From assembly GCF_009914755.1 (NCBI RefSeq), contig NC_060926.1: a stretch of 64,000 nucleotides of DNA, one strand, 5' to 3'. The translations under genes and the position numbers were made by a program. Of this stretch, positions 14,286-25,023 are shown piece after piece. The notes below the pieces were generated by a model that saw only the letters and a program-made list of their open reading frames with translations, was not told the DNA's origin and searched no databases. The DNA is from the human T2T-CHM13v2.0 reference genome, Homo sapiens. The stretch's first letter is position 1, and each line of letters starts with the position of its first letter.

Positions 14286-15105
14286 CTCTTGGACTCTTTT
14301 AGAGGCCACACTGCCATGGTCTCTCTTTGGCCATTGCCAGGCCTAGTTCCAGAGCCTTCTTCCATATCAGTTCTTCCAGCCCCTTGGCGGACTCGCAGGT
14401 GTCTCGCCACTTCCCTTCTTATTCTACTTCCCCCTGACCCACGTCCAGCCCCTGGGCTTATACCTACCCTCCAAGTCTGACTGTCATTCTGAGCCTATTG
14501 GGCCCACCTGCATTCTTGGACGCCATCCATTTTCCTCAGTGAGGTCCAGGCATCCCCTAAAGGCATACATTCATTGATTCATTCAGCAAATAGACAGTAA
14601 GCTTGTGTACTGCATATGAGGCCCTGTCCTCAGGCACACAAGTAAGGATAACCGGGGTGTCAGCTCTCATGACATGAGCACCCTGACAGTCCAGGCCATA
14701 CAACGAACAGGACTATTAAATTCAACTCTCTCAGCAAGCCTACGAGTAGGCATTGAGCTTCACTGTTGCACAGATGAAGAAATTCAAAGTCAAAGAGGTT
14801 TCCTCACCTGCCCAGGAGCTCTCAGAGAGGAAGTGACCGAGCTCAGTGCATGCATAGGTCTGTGCAGATCAGCCCCATTACCCTGAATCTCTCTCCTCCG
14901 ATTCTGCTCTGAGGGAAGTACAAGTGTTCTGGCAGCCTGGAGGAGCGGTTTTCCAGTGGAGCCACTTTGGCACTAGGGCCTGGGTGACATGGGGTAGCAG
15001 TTTTGACTCAGAAATCAATTAAGGGCAGTGCAGAAGTTAAGAAAGGGCCTCAAAGGGCCTTATTTTCTTTAAGACTAGCTGTAGGCCTCCAAAATGAAAG
15101 CAGAG

Positions 15106-15240
15106 TAAGGTTGCCAGATAAAATACCAGATGTACAGTTATATTTGTTTCAAATAAGCAATGAATAATTTTAGAAATTTCATATATGTGTGTATATAAAT
15201 ATATTTTATGTACTTTTTTTTCCTCAATCTGGCAACCTTA
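15106..15240. mobile_element. hAT MITE (MER53-like)
   Basis: Perfect 14-bp TIRs TAAGGTTGCCAGAT (15106) / ATCTGGCAACCTTA (15227-15240). Confidence 0.8.
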
Positions 15241-15968
15241 ATTTCAGTGCACTTCTGGATGTCTATTTAGCTACACCCCTCAGGTCATGAAGTAGAAGGG
15301 ACCCATGCATCACCCCACCTGGAATAAAGTATGCATTTGCTGCAGTGTTGTTCCTCTGTTATTTCCAAGGAACCTTGGGTTTGGGGACAGGAGAGGAAGC
15401 TGACAGGCTATAGAGGGACCAGAGGGCACTAACTCAGCTGACTTTCCAGCCTGAAATGTGCTTCCCTCCCCTATTTAATCCCATATTTAAAAAGCAAATT
15501 TCCAAGGTAAACTCAAATGCATTAATACCTGCTTATTAATTAATTTCTGCTTAGACAGATTTAACACACAAATCCCAATGTGGGCCAAAACCAGATAATC
15601 CCACAAAGCACATTAAGTATGACCTTGTTTCCAATGTAGCAACTCCTTAAAAAATAAAACCCACAGTATTTAGCTTGATATTCAAGGCTGACCTCAAACT
15701 ACCTTTCTAGACACAAGTCCCCTCACAATTGCCCTGAAGTTGTGTCAAACACAACACACTCTACAGAATAGTCAAACTGGTGATAGCCCCAAGTCTTTGC
15801 CCGTGTGGTCCCTTTCTCCAACAGAGATCCTACATATTATTTTTGCCTGTCAATATCCAAAGTCAGAGAAGCAATAATAGTAGCAATACCTCTCCACCCT
15901 TGCCTTCTAGCCCATCATGCCACTGACATACCTGCTGCATACACTGAAATTATGAACACTCTAGAGCC

Positions 15969-16380
15969 TGTGTCAATGGTTAAGTTCTCAAGGAAGTAGA
16001 CACTAAGATGAAGTGAAGAATGCAAAAGTTTATTGACAAGTAATATCAGTGAAAGGAAAAAGAAGAACAGGTTTGGGCATGGAGAGTTATCAGATCAGTA
16101 CACCAATCTAATAATGCTTTGGCCAACCCAACAGGGAGTTCCAGAACAGAATTTTTCCATTAGAGCACTCCCATAATGGGCTGAAAGAGCTAGGCCCTTG
16201 TATCACTGCCTTGATCAGCCTTTGGCCAGAATCCATCCTAAGAATAGCATGAACACAGCCAGAGCAGAAGTGGACACTGACGAAGCTAGTAGCTAGAAGC
16301 TCTCAGCTAATCACATTCCCCATGGCCAGGCAAGGAGACCCTTCTTTTAAAGGAGACACTGAGCAAGACATCTTTTGCCG
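15969..16380 (-). mobile_element. ERVL solo LTR (LTR33/LTR16-like)
   Basis: 'ggaagtagacactaagatg...tgcaaaagtttattg...gccaacccaacagggagttccag...ggcccttgtatcact'. Confidence 0.6.
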
Positions 16381-17114
16381 TAGCCAGAAAAAGACTCCTA
16401 GGCAGGGCTGGTTCTTGAAATGACTTCAGAGACACTTCAGACTGAAGCATCCCCTGAAACTTTGACATGACACCTGAATTCCAACATTCAAAAGTCATCA
16501 CTTTTAGAGTATTGAAGTTTTTGGAATTTCTGAGATTCTCAATATAGTTCTGAAAATACGTATACACTCCTAGGCTAAATCTATTAGCACAAGTAAACAG
16601 AAAAGTTTAATGATGATTGAAGCAGCATTGGATGTTAGCTAACACCATGGACTTTGGGTTTGACAGTTGCGGGTGTAAGTCTTCGCTAAAGGAGTAAATA
16701 GATAATTGAAAGCACGACCTCACAGGAACTAGGCAATGGATGGCGTGTGTGTTTGAGTTCATGAGTGCAAAAGCAAAAAGTCAGATACAGGACTCATTCC
16801 TAGCATGCTTCTGACGTGTACCAGGGACATTAGGATTCCTTGATAGACTGCCCAGTGTCCCAGACCAGTTGATCCCATTAAGAAATCCTGCTGGTGAGGA
16901 AGCCCTTTCAATCTGGAGAATGAGAATCCATTCCAATGGGGCAGGACTTAATTGAAGGACCTGAGCTACTCACATGAATAGGCATCTATAATTTTCTGGC
17001 CTCTACTGGGGCAGTCTTTCTCATGGAGGCTTTTGCAGCCCCCAAGGACCTTCTACACTGGCTGAGAGCCTGCTGCCAAGCAAGTTGTAGACTTCCTAGA
17101 GGCTATAGAGGAGT

Positions 17115-17878
17115 CTCATTCATTTTGTTACTCATTAAGTATTTACTTAATGAGTGTGCACTAGGCACCATGCTATGCACTGAAAGAATACAGATACAGA
17201 TGAGACAGAGACCCCATGCTAATGAATTTCCCATTCAGCAATCAAGAAGCAAGTCTTCAATTTCAATTGAGAATAAAGATTACTACTAAAGATGTAAGAA
17301 TAGGGTACTGTGGGATCTTTCAGGATGGGGCATAAAATCCTGCCTCAGAGTTTGGAGGAATCTGCCTTGGAAAGGGAAATTCAGAGGTGGAGTCTATAAT
17401 TTTGTAAAATTTGGCCAAAAAGTAGTGGGAAAGGTTTATAGGCAGAAGTATATGCAAAGGCCAAGAGGAAGAAACATGTTTGGAAACAGCCACGAGTTTA
17501 GTATGCCTGGAGAAAAGGGACTGAGAATTAAAGGAAAGGAAATTGAGAAGCATGGAGAAATGAGGCTGGAGTGTTGAGTAGAACCAGTTCATGAAGGGGC
17601 TTGCTGTTAGGTCAAGGGATTTGCATTTCATCCCACAGCTAATGGGGAGTCACTGAATGGTTATTAGGATGCCTACCACACAGTAAGCACTCAATTAGTA
17701 TTAGTGATTATTCAATCATTCATTCGACAAATGGTCATTGAACATTTAAAGGATTATGTATTAGGCACTTTCTTATGTTGGGATTATTTTTTAAAGTGAA
17801 TAAAATCAGGAATTAAATTATCTTTCTTGTAGATGTCAGCTCTCTAATAGGAGAGTCAAACATCAGTAAAGACTGACA
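17115..17878 (-). mobile_element. L2 fragments (left of the L1 insertion)
   Basis: L2 3'-tail-like 'tcattcatt...' motifs and purine-rich body ('gcaaaggccaagagg...gagaaatgaggctggag...aatggggagtcactgaa'). Confidence 0.7.
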
Positions 17879-19541
17879 GAAGAATGTGAACTAGTACAAC
17901 CACTTTGGAAATTAATGTGGAGATTCCTTAAAGAACTAAAAGTAGAACTACCACTTTATCCACCAATCCCACTACTGGGTATCTACCCAGAGAAAAATAA
18001 GTCATTATACAAAAAAGATACTTGCTTATGCATGTTTATAGCAGCACAATTTGCAATCACACAAATGTGAAACAAACCCAAATGCCCATCAGTTGATGAG
18101 TGGATAAAGAAACTGTGGTCCAGATCACTGCAGAGAACATGGATTCCTTGAGGCAGGCAATGCGAGAGATAAAGGACTTCACCATCACCTGTGGGAAGAC
18201 GGACGTGGAGGATCCCCAGGAGCACATCCACATCCAGTGGGTGGATGACGACAAGAACTTTAGCAAATGTGTCATAAGTCCTATAAATGAGAAGTCCATG
18301 GAGACTATAACAAATGTGAAGCTATTCCATGGATCAGAATGTAAAGCAAATGGAAAAGTTATCAGATGGACAGAGGTGTTTTTCCTAGAAAACACCTAAA
18401 TGATCCTACAAAATGATCATTTTAGCAAATGATCCTGCAAATCAAATTAGATTGACTAAGCATGTTGCCAAGGCTTTTTGCCTTGCTCTCTGTCCTCACC
18501 TGAAGCTTCTGAAGGAAGATGGAATGACCAAACTGGGACTAAGTATGACACTTGACTCAGATCAGGTTTGCTATCAAGCAGGGAGCAATGGCCAGCCCCT
18601 TCCCTCACAGTATATGAATGATCTGGACAGCGCCTTGGTGCCAGTGATCCCCGGAGGGGCCTGTCAGCTCAGTGAGGGCCCTGTCGTCATGGAACTCATC
18701 TTTTATATCCTGGAAAACATCGCATAAACAGAGGAGACTTCATTTTTTTCTTTTCAGGCCTGTTGCAATGGCAGTCATACCCAAATCAATTGCACTTTAA
18801 AACTCAAAAATTAAGCTTTTGTTAACACTGTTAATGGAATGGGGAATAGGGTGGGAGTGGCGGTTTGTGAGACTGGTAGGAAAGGGTGGATGGGGAGACA
18901 GATGTTCCATAATTCTAAGTCTTCTATGCATTGTCCACCAAGAAGATCTGGGCAGCTTCTGTTCCTGCACAACAGTTATGCTATCCTTGCAGCTAATCCC
19001 CTTCTCTTACTGTTTAGACAAGAATTCTGCTCCTCTCTCAAGATTTACTTATGGCCATGTGCTCAGAAATGCTCAAATGGGTACAACCATCACCAAGGGT
19101 GGGATGGGAAGGCAGAGGGGAAATAAAATATGAAGCATAAAAGAAAATAGAAAGAAACTGTGGTATATATGTATGATGGAATACTACTCAGCCATAAAAA
19201 GGAATGAATAAATGGCATTTGCAGCAACCTGGATGGGATTGGAGATTATTATCTAAGTAAGACAACTCAGGAATGGAAAACCAAACATCGTATATTCTCA
19301 CTTATAGCAGGAGCTAAGCTGTGAGGATGCAGAGGCATAAGAGTGACACAATGGACTTTGGGGACTCAGAAGGAAAGGGTGGGAAGGAGGTGAGAGCTAA
19401 AAGACTACAAATTGGCTTCAGTATATACTTCTCTGGAGATAGGTGCACTAAAATCTCACAAATCACCACTAAAGAACTTACTCATGTAACCAAATACCAC
19501 CTGTTCCCCCAAAACCTATGGAAATAATTTAAAAAAAAAAA
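17879..19541 (+). mobile_element. 5'-truncated L1PB-type element, interrupted by the ZFYVE9 retrocopy
   Basis: ORF2 end 'ctagtacaaccactttggaaa...gattccttaaagaactaaaagtagaactacc'; 3'UTR 'caaatcaccactaaagaacttactcatgtaaccaaataccacctgttcccccaaaacctatggaaat' plus poly(A); TSD aaa(g/t)actgaca at 17868 and 19539. Confidence 0.92.
18116..19150 (+). pseudogene. ZFYVE9P: 5'-truncated processed pseudogene of ZFYVE9 (SARA, Smad anchor for receptor activation): last ~200 codons plus 3'UTR
   Basis: ORFs 18100-18399 and 18413-18727 translate to VQITAENMDSLRQAMREIKDFTITCGK...GKVIRWTEVFFLEN and DPA..RLTKHVAKAFCLALCPHLKLLKEDGMTKLGL...GPVVMELIFYILENIA*, which I recognise as the ZFYVE9 C-terminus. No introns; stop plus frameshift at 18394-18430; AATAAA at 19122; decayed A-tail at ~19139-19150; perfect 14-bp TSD AAAGAAACTGTGGT at 18106-18119 and 19151-19164. 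The pseudogene number cannot be determined from the sequence. Confidence 0.95.
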
Positions 19542-19549
19542 TACTGACA

Positions 19550-20230
19550 CCAAAATGCAATATTGAAACTGTGTCAGTGTTGTGGAAGAGACATGCATGG
19601 TGCCTGAGGTTCCTTTGAGGAAGCAGCTGTGCCTGGAGACCTGAAAGAAGAGTAGCTATAACTCAAAAAGCAGGTAGTAGTATGAGGAGAGTTTCAGGCA
19701 ATGGGAAAAACTTGAGCAAATAACTTGAGGAGGGATGGCATATGGCTTGACTGAGAGCCTGCAAGGAAGCCAGGTGTCTTGAGTCTCAAAAGCTCGAGGG
19801 AGTATGGAGAGAGGCAACCGTGGAGAAATAGAAAGGAGCCTTCCCAGGCAAGGCCTTACATACAGTGTGCAGGACTTTAGTCTTCGTGGTGTAAGTAACA
19901 GGAAGCTAGGGAGCTTTCTAAATGGGGTGGGGGCTGGGCAACACAAGGATGACAATATGATTTGCCTTCTGGAAAGATCTGTCTTGTTGCAGTGTGGAGA
20001 ATGGAGTGAAGGAGACATGAAAGCCTTTGGAGATACCAGTTTTGAGGCTGAAAAGAGGTCATGTTAACTAGGACTTTGATGACAGCAGTAAAGGTAAGAG
20101 AAAGAAGAGGATTTGAAAGCCTTGAGTATCAAAATCACAGAACTTTGGTTGGTGAGAGAGATTCTGGTTTATGTAACTGGCTGGATGGTGATGTTGTTTA
20201 CCTTCATTGGGATCCTGGGCCAGGTTTGAG
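19550..20230 (-). mobile_element. L2 (continuation right of the L1 insertion)
   Basis: 'gaaagatctgtcttgttgcagtgtggagaatggag...gattctggtttatgtaactggctggatggtgatg'. Confidence 0.7.
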
Positions 20231-20499
20231 GGGAACATTATGATTTTAATGACCTGGTCAAACGCCTGTATTTTATTTTGCTTTGTTTCATGAAATACTT
20301 CAAATATACAGAAAGTTCAGAAAATAACATAATTAACTTCTGTGCACCCACTGTCCAACTCTATCAAATCCCAACAAAAGCAGGAGAGTAAAGACAAATT
20401 CCACAGACAGATTACCTGGGATCAAACCACAGCTCTGCCATTTACTCTCATGTAGGCTGAGTCCTATTATTTCATCTCTTGTGCCTGGCACAGTAAGTA

Positions 20500-22470
20500 G
20501 CAAGTACATGTTACCCTTTTTTTCTCCATTATTTTGCAATACCTGTTTCAGACTGCTTTTTAAAAATAAAAACAAAACAGATGGTAGTGAAGCAGCACGT
20601 GAACACCCTTGTAAGCCCATTTCCTTCCCACCATCCTCAGGAATTAACCACTATTTTGATTTTGTTGTTTATACACAATGATGTTTTATCTTAGTGCTAC
20701 CTATCCATAAATGGGATAAGCATAGTTTTGTTTATTTCCAGATGCATATAAATGGTATTATATATAATAATGATATATATATCATTCTATAAGTTGCTGT
20801 ATTTGATCAACATTGCATTTTTCTTAATGTGTCTATATTGTGTCTCTATAACTCATTTGATTAATTTTTAAATAGACTTTTAAAAAGAGAAATTACAGGT
20901 TCAAATCAAAATTGAGCAGAAGATACAGAAATTTTTTCATGTATATCCCTTCTCCAACACATGTGTAGCCTCCCCAGTTATCAGTATCTTCCACCAGAGT
21001 GGTACATTTATTAGAACTGATGAACCTACATTGATAAGTCATTATCACCCAGAGTCCATAGTTTACATTAATGTTCACTCTGAGTGTTGTACATTTTATG
21101 AGTTTGGAGAAATTTATAATAATAGTATCCATAGTATCATAGAGAGTAGTTTCACTGCTCTAAAAATCCTCTGTGTTCTGCCTAGTCATCCCTCCCTTCT
21201 CTCAACCCCTAGCAACCACTGATTTTTTTTTACCGTCTCTATAGTTTTGCATTTTCCAGAATGTCATACAGCTGGAAATATATCATTTATACATAGCCTT
21301 TTCATACTGGCTTCTTTCACTTAGTAATACACATATAAGTTTTTTACATGTCTTTCATGGCTTGATAGCTCATTTCCTGTCAGTGTTGAATAATATTTCA
21401 TTGTCTGAATATATCACAGTTTATCAATTCATCTACTGAAGGACATCTTGTTTGCTTCCAAGTTTTATCAATTATGAATAAAGCTGCTATAAACATCCAT
21501 GTATTTTTGTGGACATGTTTCCTACTCCTTAGGGTAAATTCAAGAAGCATGACCACTAGATCATACGGTAAGATTAGGTTTAGTTTTGTAATAATTTCAC
21601 TGATTTTTAACTATGGCATATTATTCCATTTCATGAATATACTATAATGTATTTATCTGTTATCCTGTTTGTAGACACTTAGGTAATGAATTTTTTCACA
21701 CTTATTAAAAAATGCTGCCTTGAGTATTTTCATATACAAATCTCATTGGGCATGTATGTGACAGTTTCCCAATATATATGTCCTAGGTCAATGGGTGAAC
21801 GTATTTTCCACTTTACTTGAAATTGCCAATTTTTTCTCCGAAATGATTATGCAGACTTCAATTCCACTAACAGTGTACTACAGTTCCTGTACTCCACATA
21901 TTTAACATTACAGACTATATCGACAGCCTTTTATTAAAAAAAAAATTTTGCTGGTAAGACAAGTATGAAACGATATGTCACAGTTATCTTATTTACATTT
22001 TTCCTAATTATTAATGAACTTGAGCATTGTTTATCTGTTTATTTTCTTTGAGTTTATTTTTACATTAATTTCCTGTTCAAATTCTTTGCTCAATTTTTCA
22101 TTGGATTGGTTATGATTTTTCATATTAAATTGTAGGAATTGTTTAGAAGTACCAAATAGTCATCTTCATTGGCTATATCTTTTGCAAATGTTACCTCTGT
22201 GCGTATTACAATTACATTATTTATGATACTGTTTTGATGTTTTACATGTTGCTTTTAATTCTGTGTGGAATTTTTGTATTTGTATGGGAGAAAGTTAGGA
22301 TATGATTTTATATACTTTCACAGGAATATCTAATTTTGTTGAGACAATATTATTTTGCCTAGTTGATTCATAATGGCATTTGTCATAACTACATTTTCTC
22401 AATAAGTGGTCTATTTCTAAATTTCCTATTCCATCAGTTTATTTGTCTATGCTTTTGCCAGTTTCTCAGT
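20500..22470 (-). mobile_element. Old L1 (L1ME-like) 3' region with a nested L1MC-like 3' end at ~20870-21590
   Basis: Nested element: 'ttacaggttcaaatcaaaattgagcagaagatacaga...ccaccagagtggtacattt...gaaggacatcttgtttgcttccaagtttt'. Flanking sequence is AT-rich and L1-like. Confidence 0.75.
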
Positions 22471-22477
22471 CTAAATT

Positions 22478-22875
22478 AGAGCTCTACAACACTTTTCAGT
22501 GATGATGAAAATCTGCAATCTGCATATTGCATATTCCCCAACATATGCTTAGCCTCCCAGTTATCAATATCTTCCACCAGAGTGGTGTATTTATTAGAAC
22601 TGATGAGGCTACATTGACATGTCATTATCACACAGAGCCCACAGTTTACATTAATGTTTACTCTGAGTGTAAACTGCAGAGCTGAATGTATAGCTCTGCA
22701 GTTATACATTCTATGGGTTTGGAGAAATTTATAATAACGTATATCCACAGTATCATAGAGAGTACCTTCACTGCCCTAAAAATCCACACTGTGACTGCTA
22801 ACTACTTATAGCTATTGAGAACCTGAAGTGTGGTTTCTGTAACTGAAGAACTGAATTTTAAATTTTGTTAATTAT
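22478..22875 (+). mobile_element. MER3-like hAT-Charlie MITE split by a locally copied L1 segment (~22537-22785)
   Basis: 5' part 'acttttcagtgatgatgaaaat'; 3' part 'gctattgagaacctgaagtgtggtttctgtaactgaagaactgaattttaaattttg'. Confidence 0.6.
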
Positions 22876-23795
22876 GAAGTGGAAGCTGCTAGTCCCTTAT
22901 GTACAACCTGAAAAAATGCAGTGATTCTTTAATTGTTTGGTAAGACTTAACCCTGAAAGCACAAACATAACATTAAAGGAATCTACATGTAAAGACCAAT
23001 TCAATGTATTTAATGTCTAATAGTTCATTAATATTTCATATGAAATATCATTTTAGCTAAGCTTTCAACTTTATTGGCATAAAATCTATTTTTCTCTTGG
23101 GAATTATTTAAATTTCTAATTTGTAGTTAACTTTCCTTTTTTTCTTTAATATTTTATGTTTGCCATTATTTTAACTGATTGACCTACCAAGCAAACTGCC
23201 TACCCCATTATCTATCTTCAAAGCAGTTTTTCTATTTATTGATATTATATATTATTTGTTTACTATTTCATTAATTTCTCTTAATTTAATTTTAATCTTC
23301 CTCATGTTTCAGGAAGTGGTTTTGTGGTTCTTTTTTGTTCTCTTTGTGGTTCTTTTTCCTAGATTTTTAGATGAAAATTTAACTCATATTTTTTATTTTT
23401 ATTAAGCATATTTTGATAGATAAATTTACTTCTAAGTCCTCAATTAGCTGCATCCCATTTTTATAGTATTTTCAGGATCATTTAATTCTTTTTTTTCATT
23501 TTGATATCCTAATTAAACCATGAATTACTTAGGTGAGCATTTTCAAGTTTCCAAATGATATATACTTGTTTATTTCTTCTTTTTCTTTTATTTTTTAACT
23601 ATTATTTTGTTGCTTTGTTTTCTACTTCAATTATATCATGATCATGAAATATGTTTTACATGATAGTGACTTTTGGAGGCTGTGTGACTTCTTTTGAGAT
23701 TTATTACATCATCAATTTTTGTAAAATATTTGTCATTTTTATACCTGTTAGATGTAGATTACAAATTTCATTGTTAATTTTCTGGAACCATAATC

Positions 23796-24810
23796 TATCG
23801 GGAGAAATTCAGCCAGATATCGGGAGAAATTCACCTCTGATATTTCACGTAGGTTCTTTTCTATTTTCCCTAAGTGTCGGCTGTTCTGAGAAATAAAGGG
23901 ACAGAATACAAAAGAGAGATTTTAAAGCTGGGTGTCCAGGGGAGACATCATATGTTGGCAGGTTCTGTGATGCCCCACAAGCTGCAAAACCAGCAAGTTT
24001 TTATTAGTGATTTTCAAAAGGGGAGGGAGTGTACGAATAGGGTGTGGGTCACAGGGATCACATGCTTCACAAGGTAATAAGATATCACAAGGTAAATGGA
24101 GGCAGGGCGAGATCACAGGACCACAGGACCGGGGTAAAATTAAAATTGCTAATGAAGTTTCTGCATGCATTGTCATTGATAACATCTTATCAGGAGACAG
24201 GGTTTGAGAGCAGGCAACCGGTCTGACCAAAATTTATTAGGCGGGAATTTCCTCGTCCTAATAAGCCTGGGAGCACTACGGGAGACTGGGGCTTATTTCA
24301 TCCCTACAGCTGCAACCGTAAAAGACGGCCACCCCTGAAGTGGCCATTTCAGAGGGCTACCCTCAGGGATGCATTCTCTTTCTCAGGGATATTCTTTCCT
24401 GAGAAAAAGAATTCAGCGATATTTCTCCCATTTGCTTTTGAAAGAAGAGAAATAAGGCTCTGTTTCACCCAGCTCACCAGCGGTCAGAGTTTAAGGTTAT
24501 CTCCCTTGTTCCCTGAACATTGCTATTATCCTGTTCTTTTTTCAAGGTGCCCAGATTTCATATTGTTCAAACACACACGCTCTACAAACAATTTGTGCAG
24601 TTAACGCAATCATCACAGGGTCCTGAGGCCACATACATCCTCCTCAGTTTAAGAAGATGACAGGATTAAGAGATTAAAGTAAAGACAGGCATAGGAAATC
24701 ACAAGGATATTGATTGGGGAAGTGATATGTGTCCATGTAATCTTCACAATTTATGTTCTGCCATGGCTTCAGCCAGTCCCTCCATTCGGGGTCCCTGACT
24801 TCCCGCAACA
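23796..24810 (-). mobile_element. MER11 (HERV-K11/HML-8) solo LTR
   Basis: Reverse complement starts TGTTGCGGGAAGTCAGGGACCCCGAA; other end 'tatcgggagaaattcagccagatatcggg'; perfect 6-bp TSD ATAATC at 23790-23795 and 24811-24816. Confidence 0.93.
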
Positions 24811-25023
24811 ATAATCTTTTACCTATTTCATATATCCACTCTTGAGAGAGGTATACTACAATCTCCTACTATTATTGTGTATTTGTCCACTTTTATTTAT
24901 ATTTTTGTCAGCTATTGTGTGATATGTTTGAAGAGTAGGTTATTACATGCATACAAATTTGTAATTGTTATTTCTTGGTTGATTTTTTACTCTATTTTTT
25001 GAAGTTGTCCTTTTTATCTCTAT

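Noticed and set aside
18100-18727. Two ORFs with strong ZFYVE9 similarity as a functional CDS
   Set aside because: The first starts at a GTG inside L1 sequence. The copy is 5'-truncated (no FYVE or Smad-binding domain), intronless, TSD-flanked, and broken by a stop and frameshift.
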